Positions 38,822 to 51,257 of a DNA stretch of 64,000 bases are shown here, one piece after another. The stretch covers positions 1-64,000 of the forward strand of contig JALDZS010000078.1 in the NCBI GenBank assembly GCA_022813965.1, read 5' to 3'. The stretch's first letter is position 1; the number at the start of each line of letters is the position of its first letter. This DNA comes from Toensbergia leucococca. Its lineage: Eukaryota. The translations under genes were made by a program, and so were the position numbers. The notes under the pieces are model-generated. The model ran no database searches, was not told the origin of the DNA, and saw nothing but the letters and a program-made list of their open reading frames with translations.

Positions 38822-40405
38822 ATGGGCAATTCTACCGCTTCTTACGACCTTCCGCCTCTCCCTGAATACCAACTTCACCCTCTTCCTCCACTAGTCGCGC
38901 CAATTCCGGACAAAGTCTTTACTATGCTATTACCGATCGCGGCATATTGGGGTCTTTCGATGCTTTTCCACTGGATCGATACAAAAGACTACTTTCCACA
39001 ATACCGGTTACATACCCCTGCTGAGGTCATGAAACGAAATGTCGTATCGAGATGGGAGGTGGTACGGGATGTCATAATCCAACAAATTGTTCAGACAATT
39101 GTAGGAATACTCCTGGGAATGACAGAACCAGACGATGTCTTTGGGAAAGAGGACTATGACGTGGCAGTATGGGCGTGCAGGATACGAATTACGCAGAGGG
39201 CCATTCCAGGATTGCTCTCTGTTTTAGGTGTCAATGCAAGCGGTCTGGCGAAGGACTTGGCTGGGTCTTACCCAATGATCGCTGGTGCTGTCTCCGGAGG
39301 CCACTACCCGTCTCTTATGAACTTGATCGAAATTGGCGATGGATATGAAGCTACGGTGCCAAGTTTTGCTGGTTGGGAGATATTCGTTGCGAAGGCAATC
39401 TACTGGTTTATAGTCCCTGCCCTGCAATTTGGATTTGCCGCATTGGTGGTGGATACCTGGCAGTACTTCCTCCATCGTGCCATGCACATGAACAAATGGC
39501 TATACAGTAAGTCTCCCAGAACCAACATTAGAATATCTTCTTACTGTACTCAACAGCCACTCTTCACTCTCGTCATCATCGATTGTACGTGCCATATGCA
39601 TTTGGAGCACTTTATAATCACCCAGTAGAAGGATTTTTGCTGGACACTGTCGGAGCTAGCGTTGCATTCAAACTAGCGAGAATGAGCACTCGACAAGGCA
39701 TGTGGTTTTTCACAGGTTCCACATTCAAGACAGTTGATGATCATTGTGGCTATTCATTGCCTTGGGACCCTCTCCAGCACTTAACGTCAAATAACGCCGG
39801 ATATCACGACGTCCATCATCAAAGTTGGGGTATCAAGGTAAGAAGTTCTGGATTGTGACTTGAACATACCATTAATCTATCTGTAGACAAATTTCTCGCA
39901 ACCGTTCTTCACCTTTTGGGACCGATTACTAGGGACCGTTTGGGCCGGAGGTGATGTTTCTGCTCGATATGAGCGTGTCCGTATTGCCACTCAGCGAAAG
40001 GTAGATCAAGAAAACACAAAATCCATGATCACCCACTCCAATCCTGCAGATAGCATCAACAGTAACCCCAAGCCATACCAGGACGAGCTACAGGACGCTA
40101 CAGATCTCGCAAGAATGTCAGCTCAGAATCAGCAGCCAACAGTGCCCTCACTCAAAGCTAAGCTACAAGCCGCAGGTTCTCGACAGCAGATCCTCGATGA
40201 CAAGGAGGATGGCGGCGCAGAGATCCTTGTAAAGGAAGCCCAAGAGGAAAAAGAAGTAAAGGAAACTGTTAGACGAAGCGCCCGGAGAAGAGCGGCGTCG
40301 TCTATCTCGCAAAACGACAGTCTCAAGGGATTCCGAGACCGTGTCACAGGCACTGCTATGCATGGAAGGGCAGGCGGCATCATCGGCATGGAAAGCAATC
40401 GATAG
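38822..40405 (+). CDS. SUR2: Sphinganine C4-hydroxylase (fatty acid hydroxylase superfamily; Sur2/BasA)
   Basis: DTWQYFLHRAMHMNKWLY, HSRHHRLYVPYAFGALYNHPVEGF, KTVDDHCGY, NNAGYHDVHHQSWGIK|TNFSQPFFTFWDRLLGT; histidine boxes; two introns (about 39508-39556 and 39838-39886). Confidence 0.96.
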
Positions 40406-41580
40406 CTTCAAGCCCTCGGCTATGTAATGGTATGACATGATACTTGTACAGCATCGACTCTGGGAGTTTTCTTTGCGTCATCGATTCTAGAAGCGATAGT
40501 AGGGAACGGCGTTGCAATCTGGGGGAGCTAAGGTACCGGGAGCTGAATTAATAGCTGAATATCTGTTAATTAATATCATTGGCATAAGTCACAGATTACA
40601 GAGTATATTACCTGCAATGGAAAACAATGTCGAGTCAAATGCCAATTCCAACAAAATCGACCAACCGACCAGAGTGAAGCACATTACTGATGAGTTACCT
40701 GTACATCAATCCGTAAGTGTATATTTTACTTCTTCATCCCAGAACTCCATTGCCTTCGGTTCGATGTTGAGCTTTCTTGCTTCGACAACCTGCCTTTTCA
40801 GCTCCTACCTTGCATTACTTTTCTTGCTCTTTGTTTCCTTTCCTGGTCGTTAATCTCTACATAGCAGCGAAACAGCTGTCATCTTGCCAAAACTAGATGT
40901 GAGATACCTTGTTGATTTGTACAATGTATGGACGAGAACGGGGAATTTACAGTGCTGTGTGATTTATTCTTAGGGGAAGAATCCCAGTGTCGAAGAAAGA
41001 GACTCAACAATGGAAACTCCATGCCTTCTAGTATCTAAAAGCAACGTCAAGCACCTGGAGGATATTTCACATTCAATCTATTGTCGCATCCTTTCCCTGT
41101 CCTGTCAATACTCACGAATCTCTCCTCATTCAAAGTTCCCACGAGGAAAAGTTTGTTCGACAGCGCTCATACATGCACCGATTCGACAAAAATCTACGTT
41201 GCCTCAACAGTTACGCAGAGATATTCTCCTCCCTCTTTGTCCAGAAAGCACAAAGAGCGGGACAAAAGGAACGACAATGAAAGAACATACCCCAACAAAG
41301 AGACCAAGCCTCTTCAAAGACGAAGAAACAGTATCTCAGAAGCTCCCCGCACAAACAAAGCCATTGACGACAACCGCCCATTTCCTTTTATATCAAGTAT
41401 AAAAGAGATCTAGACTCCTTTCAGAACTCCAGCACTGGTTGATTCGCTCTTCATACACAAGAACGCTCTTCCAGAGAAATCCAAAAAAAAAAAAAACAGG
41501 TCCGTACTCCAAATACCTTACTAAACATCACAGAGCCCAAAGTTTCCAATAAGTCGTTGTCTTAGATACAAGTACACGCC

Positions 41581-42441
41581 ATGGGCCTCTCTCGGAAACG
41601 TCTTCGGAAGAAGACAGCGCAGAAATCCACTGGCAAGGAAGGTCATTCCAGCCCCATCGTCTCGGGAATTATTTCCCACAAAACAGCCACCACCCCAAAG
41701 CCCATCCTCGCCGTCAAAAAGCCGATTCTCAAAAAAGTTACATTCCAAGACGCCACCGGCCCAGAAGAAGACTCGCGCATCCAAAACCAGGCAAATTCCC
41801 TCTCAACAGCAACCCAGCACCCTAACCCCCAAAACCTCCAGGACGTACGCGATCTCATCTCACGAAACCTCCTCCGCAGCTCCCGCACCCACGCCATCTC
41901 AGGCTCCGTCCCAGCATGGGCCCAGTGCACCGACCCCGCCTGCCCGGTCCAACCGCCGCACTACCAGACAAACTACTTCCATCCCGGCCAGCTGAGAAAG
42001 GGGACTCGGTTTTTCCCGAACGGGAACCCGCCGCCGGAGATCTGGGAGGCGTTTGATCGGTGCGAGGATGGCGAGGGGAGTGACGCGGACAGGGAGGCTG
42101 TGCGCGTGTTTCGGGCGTTGCATTGTGGGAAGTGGACGCTTGATCGGGAGGCGGAATGCGTGGTTCGGACGGATGCTTGTGAGGGGGAGGGGAGGGCGGT
42201 TGAGAAGGATCGGAAGAGGCTTTTGAGATTCTATAATCGGGCTCTTGAGGAGGATATGGAGGTCGTTAGGAAGTTTCGTGCTGGAGCTTGTGAAGGAGAT
42301 GTGGGGATGCAAGATCAGAAGCGTCGACGTGGCCACGCGCTGGAGCCCGTTCGCAGAATCCGAGAGTTCAAGAGTGTGGATGATAGGGGGCAGATGGTTT
42401 CGTTTAGTATGGACGTTACATATACTTTCACATTGAGTTAA
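41581..42441 (+). CDS. Hypothetical, probably lineage-specific protein with a basic N-terminus and a CxxPxCPxxxxH motif
   Basis: 286-aa ATG-initiated ORF with no recognisable family; MGLSRKRLRKK N-terminus; CTDPACPVQPPH. Confidence 0.55.
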   Translation: MGLSRKRLRKKTAQKSTGKEGHSSPIVSGIISHKTATTPKPILAVKKPILKKVTFQDATGPEEDSRIQNQANSLSTATQHPNPQNLQDVRDLISRNLLRSSRTHAISGSVPAWAQCTDPACPVQPPHYQTNYFHPGQLRKGTRFFPNGNPPPEIWEAFDRCEDGEGSDADREAVRVFRALHCGKWTLDREAECVVRTDACEGEGRAVEKDRKRLLRFYNRALEEDMEVVRKFRAGACEGDVGMQDQKRRRGHALEPVRRIREFKSVDDRGQMVSFSMDVTYTFTLS

Positions 42442-43901
42442 AAATCCGAACAGATTTCCGACGATTGGAGATATTTCTTGGTCGCTGGGTTTGTTTTGTT
42501 TTGCTCAGGTCGGTTTGAAACTCAATATGAAATGGCTTTTTCTGACCCTTCTACCCCCTTTTTTCTTGACAATAACGTTGGTATTGATAGACTTTGTGAA
42601 ATTTACTGAAACATTCGGTACCATGTGCTTGGATCTTAGAGAGATCTTACATTTGAAATTGAAACGTCAAAGAGATCTGTTCAAGTTCAAAAGGCAACAC
42701 AGTTCATGGAAAAAGCATCCTCTGATTTCTACTTTTGTGTAAAAACGTGCTCACAGCTGGCCATGATCGTCTTGCACAGCTAACACGACATAGTCAGGAG
42801 CCACGTAACTTTTAAATCTTGGCTGTTGTAAGTAGGCGGCAACTATTGGCAAGATAGTACTCCGTACTCTTATCACTTGTGAAACATTGAACAGGACAGG
42901 CCTGTGGCTTTCTTTCTTGGCCGTTGGGTTGATGGCTAGAAAGATTTGCAGCTTCATTGGGTTTCCTGATATCGGATATCGTTGCCACGTGCGTTGCGTA
43001 GGGCGGGAGAATAGTCTATGCATAAGGCGTATCCTATCTGTAGCCAGCACGTGCCGAACATGAGTGATTCCGGAAATGTCGGCCATCCAATTCAGAGCAA
43101 TCTACTCGTACAACGCATGGTATGGTTGCATAGATGCACCATCTTTTCAAATAGAAAAAGCAAAAAGACGGCCGTGGAGTGGCCATTCGCAAAAAATGGC
43201 CTTCTGCAGCTTTCAGCTCCTGTCTCAAACATGTGGGCGTTGATGTCCAAGAAGTCCACTAATGCACATCATGAGAGCTCTCAACCCGACAACCGAGGAC
43301 GCAATTGGTGATTCAGATGCACAAAGCCACCATGGGATTCAAAAGACGGGATCACAGACGGCCTCGGTGGTCGATTCAGAGAGGAGACGAGAAACAACCC
43401 TGTGGATCAAATGCGGCGTAGCACTTGGCACTGGCCAGGCTCTTGCCTCATTAGGAAAAGCCAAGTAGATGGATCGGCCCGCTGGTAGATGAGCTGAACG
43501 ACAGAGAGACACAGGATTGGATCGGAATCCTCGCCCTATGCCCGTCGTCAGAATATGCTGCTTTGGGACAAACGGCCGTAGGAGAGGGTTAAGGGTCAAG
43601 GTGCGCCTTGTCGATCTGCCCTACAGCTTACGGATATCAATCCTTTGTCTATACAAATCTCGTTGTTGGGCTGTATATGATGGGCTGAAGTGCATCAAAT
43701 ATGTTGTGCAACGTCCTTTCCACATGGTCTGCCGTCAATGAAATGGCATGGAATGGGCGTGATATGGTGTTGTTGGCCTAATCAAAAAGACTATTAAGGA
43801 GGCTCGGAACCGCATGTTCAAGCATTGACATTGAGAGTCTGCAAGCAACTGCTAGAATACTTTCATACCAATTGTTATTCAACATACAACCCTCTTTCAT
43901 A

Positions 43902-44961
43902 ATGCTTCGTCCGGTCTTCAGTGCTTTTCTCGTCCTTCAATTAAGATTCATCAAGGCCCAAGACGCAGCTGCTACGTCTCAATATATCCAGGTCTCTTTC
44001 AACAGCGAATTAGGCAACGTCATCGGTGGCCAGTACAATGTGAACGCCGAGTGCTCAGCATTCGTTGCCAAATGCTATCCGACGGAAGAAGGTCAGTCTC
44101 ACCTAGTTTCATTCACGCACACACGTGCTAGTCTTCTCTACAGCCATCGTTGTGATGCCATCTGAATTTACGTGCTGACTCCTGCCATTTCTAGTATGTG
44201 CCTCAACCGCCTGCAGGTGGTGCCAGGGCAACTACGTCGTTGGCATGGACACTTGCTGCTCGGCCGCAAACCCGACCGCCTGCTTCGGCTCCTACTACCC
44301 CAGTACCTATAATGGTGATAATGGTAACAATAACGCTGCTGCTAGTACCGCTGCCGCCGGTACCGCAGCTTTGAGCAGCGCAGCCAGCTCCGTTCCCGCT
44401 GCCTGCTCTGCAATCAATGAAGCCTTCTCATCCTGTGAAGCAGCAACTTCAAACTTCGACAACTTGGCCAATTCCCTACAAGCTCAGTGCCTTTGCTATA
44501 CCAGCAGAACATGGAATCCAGATGGTTTTGACCAGGGATACAGCAGTTGCTATGCAGAACTTTCCTCTGATGATCCCACCGATACGAGTGATTTGGTGGC
44601 GTTCAGTAGTAATTTGGGATTCTGCAGCGCACAGGGCAACGTGCTATCCGTCGAAGCGACCATGACTGGCTCAATGTCTGGTACTATGACGAGCAGGACT
44701 TCGGCTGCTGCTGGACAAACCATGTCAGCTGGATCATTGCCCACCGGATCATCGTCTGTGAAATCATCGAATACGGAATCCACTACAAAAGCGTCAACTG
44801 CTTCGGCGGCTAGTGTTCAGTCACCATCCTCCACAGCTTCTGCCGCGAGTGCCTCGACCAAATCGAGTACATCGAAAGCCGCTGGTAATCGAACACTAGG
44901 AAGTTTCGGGTACTGGGTTCTCGGACTTTCCGTTGGCGCTGGGCTGATAGCAGTGCATTGA
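43902..44961 (+). CDS. Secreted Cys-rich, Ser/Thr/Ala-rich probable GPI-anchored cell-surface protein
   Basis: Signal peptide MLRPVFSAFLVLQLRFIKA; intron 44092-44194; Cys modules (CASTACRWC..TCC..AC; CSAI...SC...QAQCLCY...CY...LGFC); S/T linker; hydrophobic tail KAAGNRTLGSFGYWVLGLSVGAGLIAVH*. Confidence 0.85.
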
Positions 44962-46574
44962 TGATATCGTTGCGATATGATTTGTCCAGGAAGATTTCAA
45001 GTCCACTGAAATTTACCCGTTTTCGAGCCTTTGCACGCAAACAATTGTTCCCTGAGTCCAAGAGTGAGTGGCGGCTGGTCAGTCGATCCGAGAAGAACAA
45101 AGCATGATTGCATTGAATGTAACGATAAGTCTGAATTATGAATATAGTGTGGGATAGGCATATACATAGGAGCTTACATTCCGGACTACTTATTTGAAGC
45201 CTCACAATCTTTCGAGAATACATTTGCCTTCAAACGCTCCTTGAGCCCCTGTTGAGTTTCAAGGACATGAATGCTTCGAACAATGTCCGACCATTCTAGC
45301 TCCATTTCTCAATTGAGTCGGTGGTTTTATTGAGAAAGCTTGCATGTGCTGAATAACGAGACAGTGATTTTGTCCATCAAATCATCACCATGCATAAGGC
45401 TCAGCATCAGGTAAGTGGAGGTGACAACTTACAGTCCATGGCACTGCGAGTGCTGCCAAGCCCTTCCTCCTTTTATTCCTCGTCCTACATGCATCAAAAT
45501 GGTTCTCCATGTCGGAGTACGTGACATGTCACACCATCCCACCTCGCCAAAACACCCAGTCCACACACATCTCGCATTCAGTCCTCTCCCCCATTTCAAT
45601 TCTCTCCTGCAAACCACATTCTCCACCGCAGCTAGCCAGAACCAACACCCTCAACACCCCTTAAAACCTCGCCCGAAACATTCCGAGCCAAAAAACCCCC
45701 CGAGTCTCTGTCCGGGAACGATCGAGGGAGCCAGAACTTGAATTCATGCAGGCTTTGAAACCGAAACTCCCATTTATCCATCCATATGCACCTGCTCCCG
45801 AAAAAGCCCGTACCTACCTTCTCCATCACCAATCCAAAACCTCACCAACCAGGCAGCTCTCACCCACAACCCTACCCAAACCCCCCCTTTTTCTCTTTCG
45901 CGTACACAAAGCACCGATGCTCAGTGAAATCCGTTTCTTATCCAAATCACCCCCGCTCAAGCAGTTTTGAAAAGTCTAGATAGATGATGTCCATCTAGTT
46001 GATGATAAAAACAAGACTTGCAGTCTCCTCCTTTCTGAGATTATCATTGTAGGGAATTGGGGGGGGGGGTTTGGGAGTGCGGGTTGGGGTGATGAGGGTG
46101 TGTTGATGGGGATGGGGTGTTTGTTCTGGTGCGGCTGGGAGGAAGGGGAGGGAGGATTTTGCTGGATGTGAGGGTTTTCGGTTCTGGGGGCTTTTCTGGG
46201 AGGGAGTCTGAGATTTATTGAGCTCTAGGCATTGGAAATTGCTTGAAATCACCTTTTCGATGTTTGAGGATTGATCGCTTCCGGAGGAGATGGAGCTTGA
46301 CTCGTCCTTTGAAGGGGGAGTTGAGCAGAGTGTTCGCTTGCTGTTCTGGTTTTGTGAGACTTGATGGATCATCTAGTCGTTGTTGACAGACGCCTTGTTT
46401 CTCGATCCAGGATGTCGACCCTGGATAGATAATCAGGTGGAGGTGAGAGAGTTGGAACAATAGCAGACTCTTCCCGAGGCAAAACATGTTCATTCAGCTT
46501 TTCCCTTGAAGTTACAATGCCCCTTGCAACTAACACCAACGATCCTAATATACCCTCCACAATCAACCGATAAC

Positions 46575-48954
46575 TCACAACCTAGCCTTCCCCTCCAGCC
46601 TCTCTTCGCCCCTCAACCCCTTGACAACACCCCTCGATATCCAATCACTAATCGCCATGGTCGTAATCATCGGATTGACCCCACTCGCACTCGGAAACAC
46701 GCTGGCATCCGCCACATACAAGCCCTCGCAACCCCAGACCTTCCCACTCGGATCAACCACGCTACTCTTCTCGCTCGTGCCCATCCTGCACGTCCCCATC
46801 TGATGCGCGCTCGCGAACATCGCTTCCGGGACATGCAAGCCCTTCCTCCTTACCTCCTCCAGCCAAGTCTGGAAGCTCGGATCATTGACCCCCGGATCCG
46901 GCTGTCCCTCCAGCACGTCGTTGTCCTCGCGAACAAAAGTCGAGACCCCGAACGTGGAAGTGAAGATTTCCCGGGCGCCGGCAACGTAGCAGATCTTCGC
47001 CATGGCGAGTAAGCCTTCCATGCAATGTTTCTTGTCGAAAGCACTGGGCGTGTATGCCGTCCTACACCGCCCGTCTACGGGGTCGGGATAGACGCGACCG
47101 GTATCTCGGTCTCGGACAAGTGATATATACCCGCACATGTTTTTGAACTTGGAGCACAGCATCTTGTACTCCATGCCGCCTACCCAGGGTTGGAACGTCA
47201 AAAACATGCCTGGCAGCATGGCGGTTGCTTCCAGTTTTACGCCGTGGCCGTGGCCGTCGAGATTCTGGAACTCGTCGCAGACTGTGGTAAGGATTCCGCC
47301 TTCCCAGGGCCGTACTTCTTCGGGGAAAGTGGCACCGACGAAACTGGCTGTGGTTTGAATCGGTTAGCAAGGTGTAGTGTTTTTGATTCCTGAGGAAGGA
47401 TCTTGGGTGCGTAGTTACCTGGGTGTAGATGTAAATTTCGCCCAATCTGCGCGTTCTTAAGCCCGCTTCGCAGCAAGAGCAAAGGACTTTGCATTGTACC
47501 CGCCGAGACAATCACCCGCTGGGCCTTGATTATGATTTCCCGGCTGAATCTATCAGTACCGCTGACGCCACCATGACTATCTCTGGATGTCCAGCGCCCT
47601 TGAACGCCAGTGGCAGCAACTCTTTGGCCGTTGATCTCCTCGAAGAGTACCTTTTCTACGTTGAATCCCTCAATGAACTTGGCACCAGCTCTTGCAGCAT
47701 CGGGTAAGAATGAAACGGCAGGACCTTGCTTCTCCACAGCGCCGCATCCGTTTGAACAGTAACCACAGTAGTGTTTTTTCCCGCCAGTGTTCTGAGCGAC
47801 TGCCTTTGCGCTATAGCCCAATTTCCTTGCACCGTCAAGCAGGACCCGGTTGGTCTTATTATGCTCGATCTGTTCCGCAGATACCCCCATGCGATGGCAG
47901 ACACGATCGAGGGACTTCTGATATTCGGACGATGTAAAGAAGGAAAGACCAGCATCGGCCCATTCTTTACGTACGAAACCTTGTGTTTGAAGGGAGGCAG
48001 ACCAATTCACCGTTCCGCCCCCACCGAACGCTTGCGCCGCTACAATGCTTATACTACTATCGTCTGAGGGGTCAACGCCTCCATTCATTATCAAGTGAAC
48101 TCCCGCATCGGACTCTGCCATAGGAAGATGTTCAGGAGGGTAGTGATATGATTTTTCCACTACAATGACCTGTTTACCAGCTTCTGCAATATTTTTCGCG
48201 GACGGACCTGCTCCACATCCACTTCCTATAATGATGACATCAGTTTCAATGATCTCTGGTTCTGATCCAGGAGAGAATTGGATAAAGTCGTAATTGAAGC
48301 CTTTGCTTCGCTTCCCGTGCACGGGCGTTTGGGGATAGCCTAAGATAGTGCCAAGGGTAGGGCTCCTTCTGATCCATACTGAGGCGAAGAGTAGGGTCAG
48401 GGCTTTGAAACTTTGTCTAAGAGGAGGAAGGTATGACCGGGACCAATTGAGTAGGATTTGCTGACGTACGTGTACAGGTTGTAGGTGAAATAATGTGGTA
48501 GAGCCAGTCGTCAAGAGACAGCCAGGACGAGTACTGTTGTAAAATGAGGAAGTTGATGCTGTCGAGTAGGAAAAGCAGCTCACTTCAAAGCGGAGAGAAT
48601 GACGCGTATGCCTTTTCGGGCATCTTCCCGCACATAATCACCTAGGATTCTCTGTATGTTATCTTTGAGACCGGAGACCGAAGTCGCATTTTCTTCTAAA
48701 TACTTCCTTGGTAAATAGGTATCTGGCTCTGCTGTTCTACTTTGCTTGAGCTTGTCCACAAGTGTAGCGTATTCCGAGGCCTGAACGGTGAGGTTCTCAG
48801 TGGAATTACTAGATGAGACTTCAATGCGCGGTATGACGGTGTCTCCAATAGCGAGGAGTGTTGTCCATTGAGATGGTGTGAGAAGTTCAGTATCTGGGAG
48901 CGGAGGAAGAGGGGTGGCTAAAGGTGCAATGAAGTCCATGTCTTGAGTAGCCAT
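46575..48954 (-). CDS. FAO1: Long-chain fatty alcohol oxidase (GMC oxidoreductase, FAO family), PTS1-like -ARL
   Basis: DVIIIGSGCGAG FAD-binding motif, FGGGGTVNWSASLQ, HYCGYCSNGC, SPLLLLRSGL, IGRNLHLHP|ASFV..PWEGGILTTV, SAHQMGTCRM, LYVADASVFPSASGVNPMITTMA; introns 48583-48534 and 47418-47348. Confidence 0.94.
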
Positions 48955-50441
48955 GGTGGAGAGCAGAGGAGCGTTAGTAAGCGATGTCCTCGTACTTGTC
49001 GGCTCACAATGTGGTCACTATCTTGGATAAATGAGATACGGATTTCAGTCTTCCTATCGAGGTAGAAGCAAGCTAGACTTTTCAGAATTTAGACTCTGAC
49101 ATGCATCATGGCAGAAAACAAGAGCGAAAATCGATCACAGTAGACAGCGATAGGCAATGTTATCTGACATGCAGATTGAACGAAAACAATTGCATAAAGT
49201 CAGCTGCGGCTCAATGCGGGGATATCAAGTCAGGCCATGGCGGCGTGGCAAATGATCCCCACATTCTTTATCCGTACTTACGAGTAAATAGGATACGGAG
49301 TAGGTAGAGTATTATATTCTATAATTGTCATTGGGACGCATCCACAACGCTTGATCCGCGTCAACAACTGGACTCGCAACTGTAGAGTAAGTCCCTCGAT
49401 AGATGGTGTCGACCCTTTTGATAACATCTCGAGTGCGAAGAATGTCGGTGTGAATTACCTCTTCAGTATTGATGATCTTACAAGAAGTCACCAACATGGT
49501 CTCTCCTCCCCGAGATCTTCTATCTTCTTTAGCTGCTTCCATGGCTCTGTTCTAGTGCTTGGTGCTTTATCTACATCCATCTACCGATCCCGCCAACCAA
49601 TCAGGGCCAGGTATAAGGCTGCTTATCAGTGAGCGCACTTCCATTCTCAGAAAGTAGGGGTCAAAGGGGTCAAGTTGGCCTTCCAATCCCTGCATTTGGG
49701 TGGTGTCAGAGTGCCACCAGTGCCCGTGCCTTCAACTTCTGCTGATCGACAGGATGAGAAACCCCTTACTCATGAACCTGATGGAGTCTGATTTTGAGGC
49801 CCCTGGCCACTCGTCCTCGATCACAGCCACAAGCACTGCTTTCTTTTCGTCCATGCGACATGCTGCCCGATTCATCTTCGTCGGCAGACAGGTCCAAGGA
49901 TGATGGTGCAAGCCAGGAAAACCTAGAACTAGTTCTACCTAATCAAAATGTTCTTTTTCTGCCCGATTCCCCATGCCAAATTGACAGCGAGTCCATGGCC
50001 TTTGTACAAATACATGCCTTCTCCGCATTGCTCAATTTAGCTTTCTCAGTCCCGATAGAATCAATTTTATTCATTATTCATAATTCAACAACCTGTCGCA
50101 AAGTCGCCTTCGAGTGGTGGCCCATCTCACTGTCTCGCCACCAACGCTCTTTGATCTGTTCGATCTCAGCCATCTAGTGCGGGAAGCAGATCTTCACATT
50201 CTTATTCAGATCACAGGCGTGGGGTTTCGCAGATTACCGCCCTCGTGTGTGGTAAAATTTCATGTGTAAGATCATTTCCGAAGCGACTATCACATGCGAC
50301 TCCGAACCCTACCTACATTACCTTCTTTTGTCGTCTATAATCCTCCACTTGAGCTACCAGTAGAGTTCATCTTCTTCCTTCTTCATCAACATCCACAACT
50401 CGACATAACAAATTTCCTTTCTCTTTCCAAAATCCTTCATT

Positions 50442-51257
50442 ATGGCAATGAATGTCGCCGCCACCCAGGCCTACACCTCTCCACCTGGCTCTCAAACTCA
50501 ATTGTTTGGCCTCCAGCAGTTTTCACCTGCCAACTCCGCATCTGGGACACCGATGGACTCATCACCAACATCACCTCGTAACTCCACCTTGCTCTCCAAC
50601 CTTCCTCTACCGACACGGCAACTCCGACCTCTGAAGACACCCATGTATGTTCCAGCCGTGTTGAGACCTACTGAGAGACCCCAACGCCCCTCACCACCTA
50701 CCCCACCGCGAAGCATTCACGGGAGTATAGAAAGCTTAGAGGACATGGTGGGGGCAAATTCAATCAGTCGACGTTCAACTGGTGACAGCAGGAAGAAAAG
50801 AGCCTTGGGTGTTGTTACTGAGGATGAAGCAGCCGTCGACAATAGTCCCAGAAAGGTTATGAGCATGCCCACTCGCGATCATTGGAAGCCTGACTTCAAG
50901 GCCGAAGTCTGTGACGCACCAACGTGCGAGAAGAACTTTTCACTTTTCGAGAGGCGACATCATTGCCGCCATTGTGGCTACGTCTTTTGCAATGCTCATT
51001 CCCACTATTCCACACCCTTGGATCAAGACGCCGAATTTAACTCCCACGGCACGCAATCCCGATCTTGTCAGCACTGTTGGGAAAGATACTGCCGATGGGA
51101 AGCAACAAGATGTGCCGAGAACTATACTGACGACATCGATCCGACCAACACGCCAAATACGCCCATAAAGGCAGGTGGGCCAGGCAAAGGGGCCGATGGC
51201 CACAAAGGGTCCGTGGCTAGCAGTATACCGCGCGACTGGAACTGGAGTACCTTTTGA
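50442..51257 (+). CDS. FYVE zinc-finger domain protein
   Basis: HWKPD..VCDAPTCEKNFSLFERRHHCRHCGYVFCNAHS...SRSCQHC (WxxD and R(R/K)HHCR motifs); MYVPAVLRPTE; C-terminal DWNWSTF. Confidence 0.92.
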   Translation: MAMNVAATQAYTSPPGSQTQLFGLQQFSPANSASGTPMDSSPTSPRNSTLLSNLPLPTRQLRPLKTPMYVPAVLRPTERPQRPSPPTPPRSIHGSIESLEDMVGANSISRRSTGDSRKKRALGVVTEDEAAVDNSPRKVMSMPTRDHWKPDFKAEVCDAPTCEKNFSLFERRHHCRHCGYVFCNAHSHYSTPLDQDAEFNSHGTQSRSCQHCWERYCRWEATRCAENYTDDIDPTNTPNTPIKAGGPGKGADGHKGSVASSIPRDWNWSTF

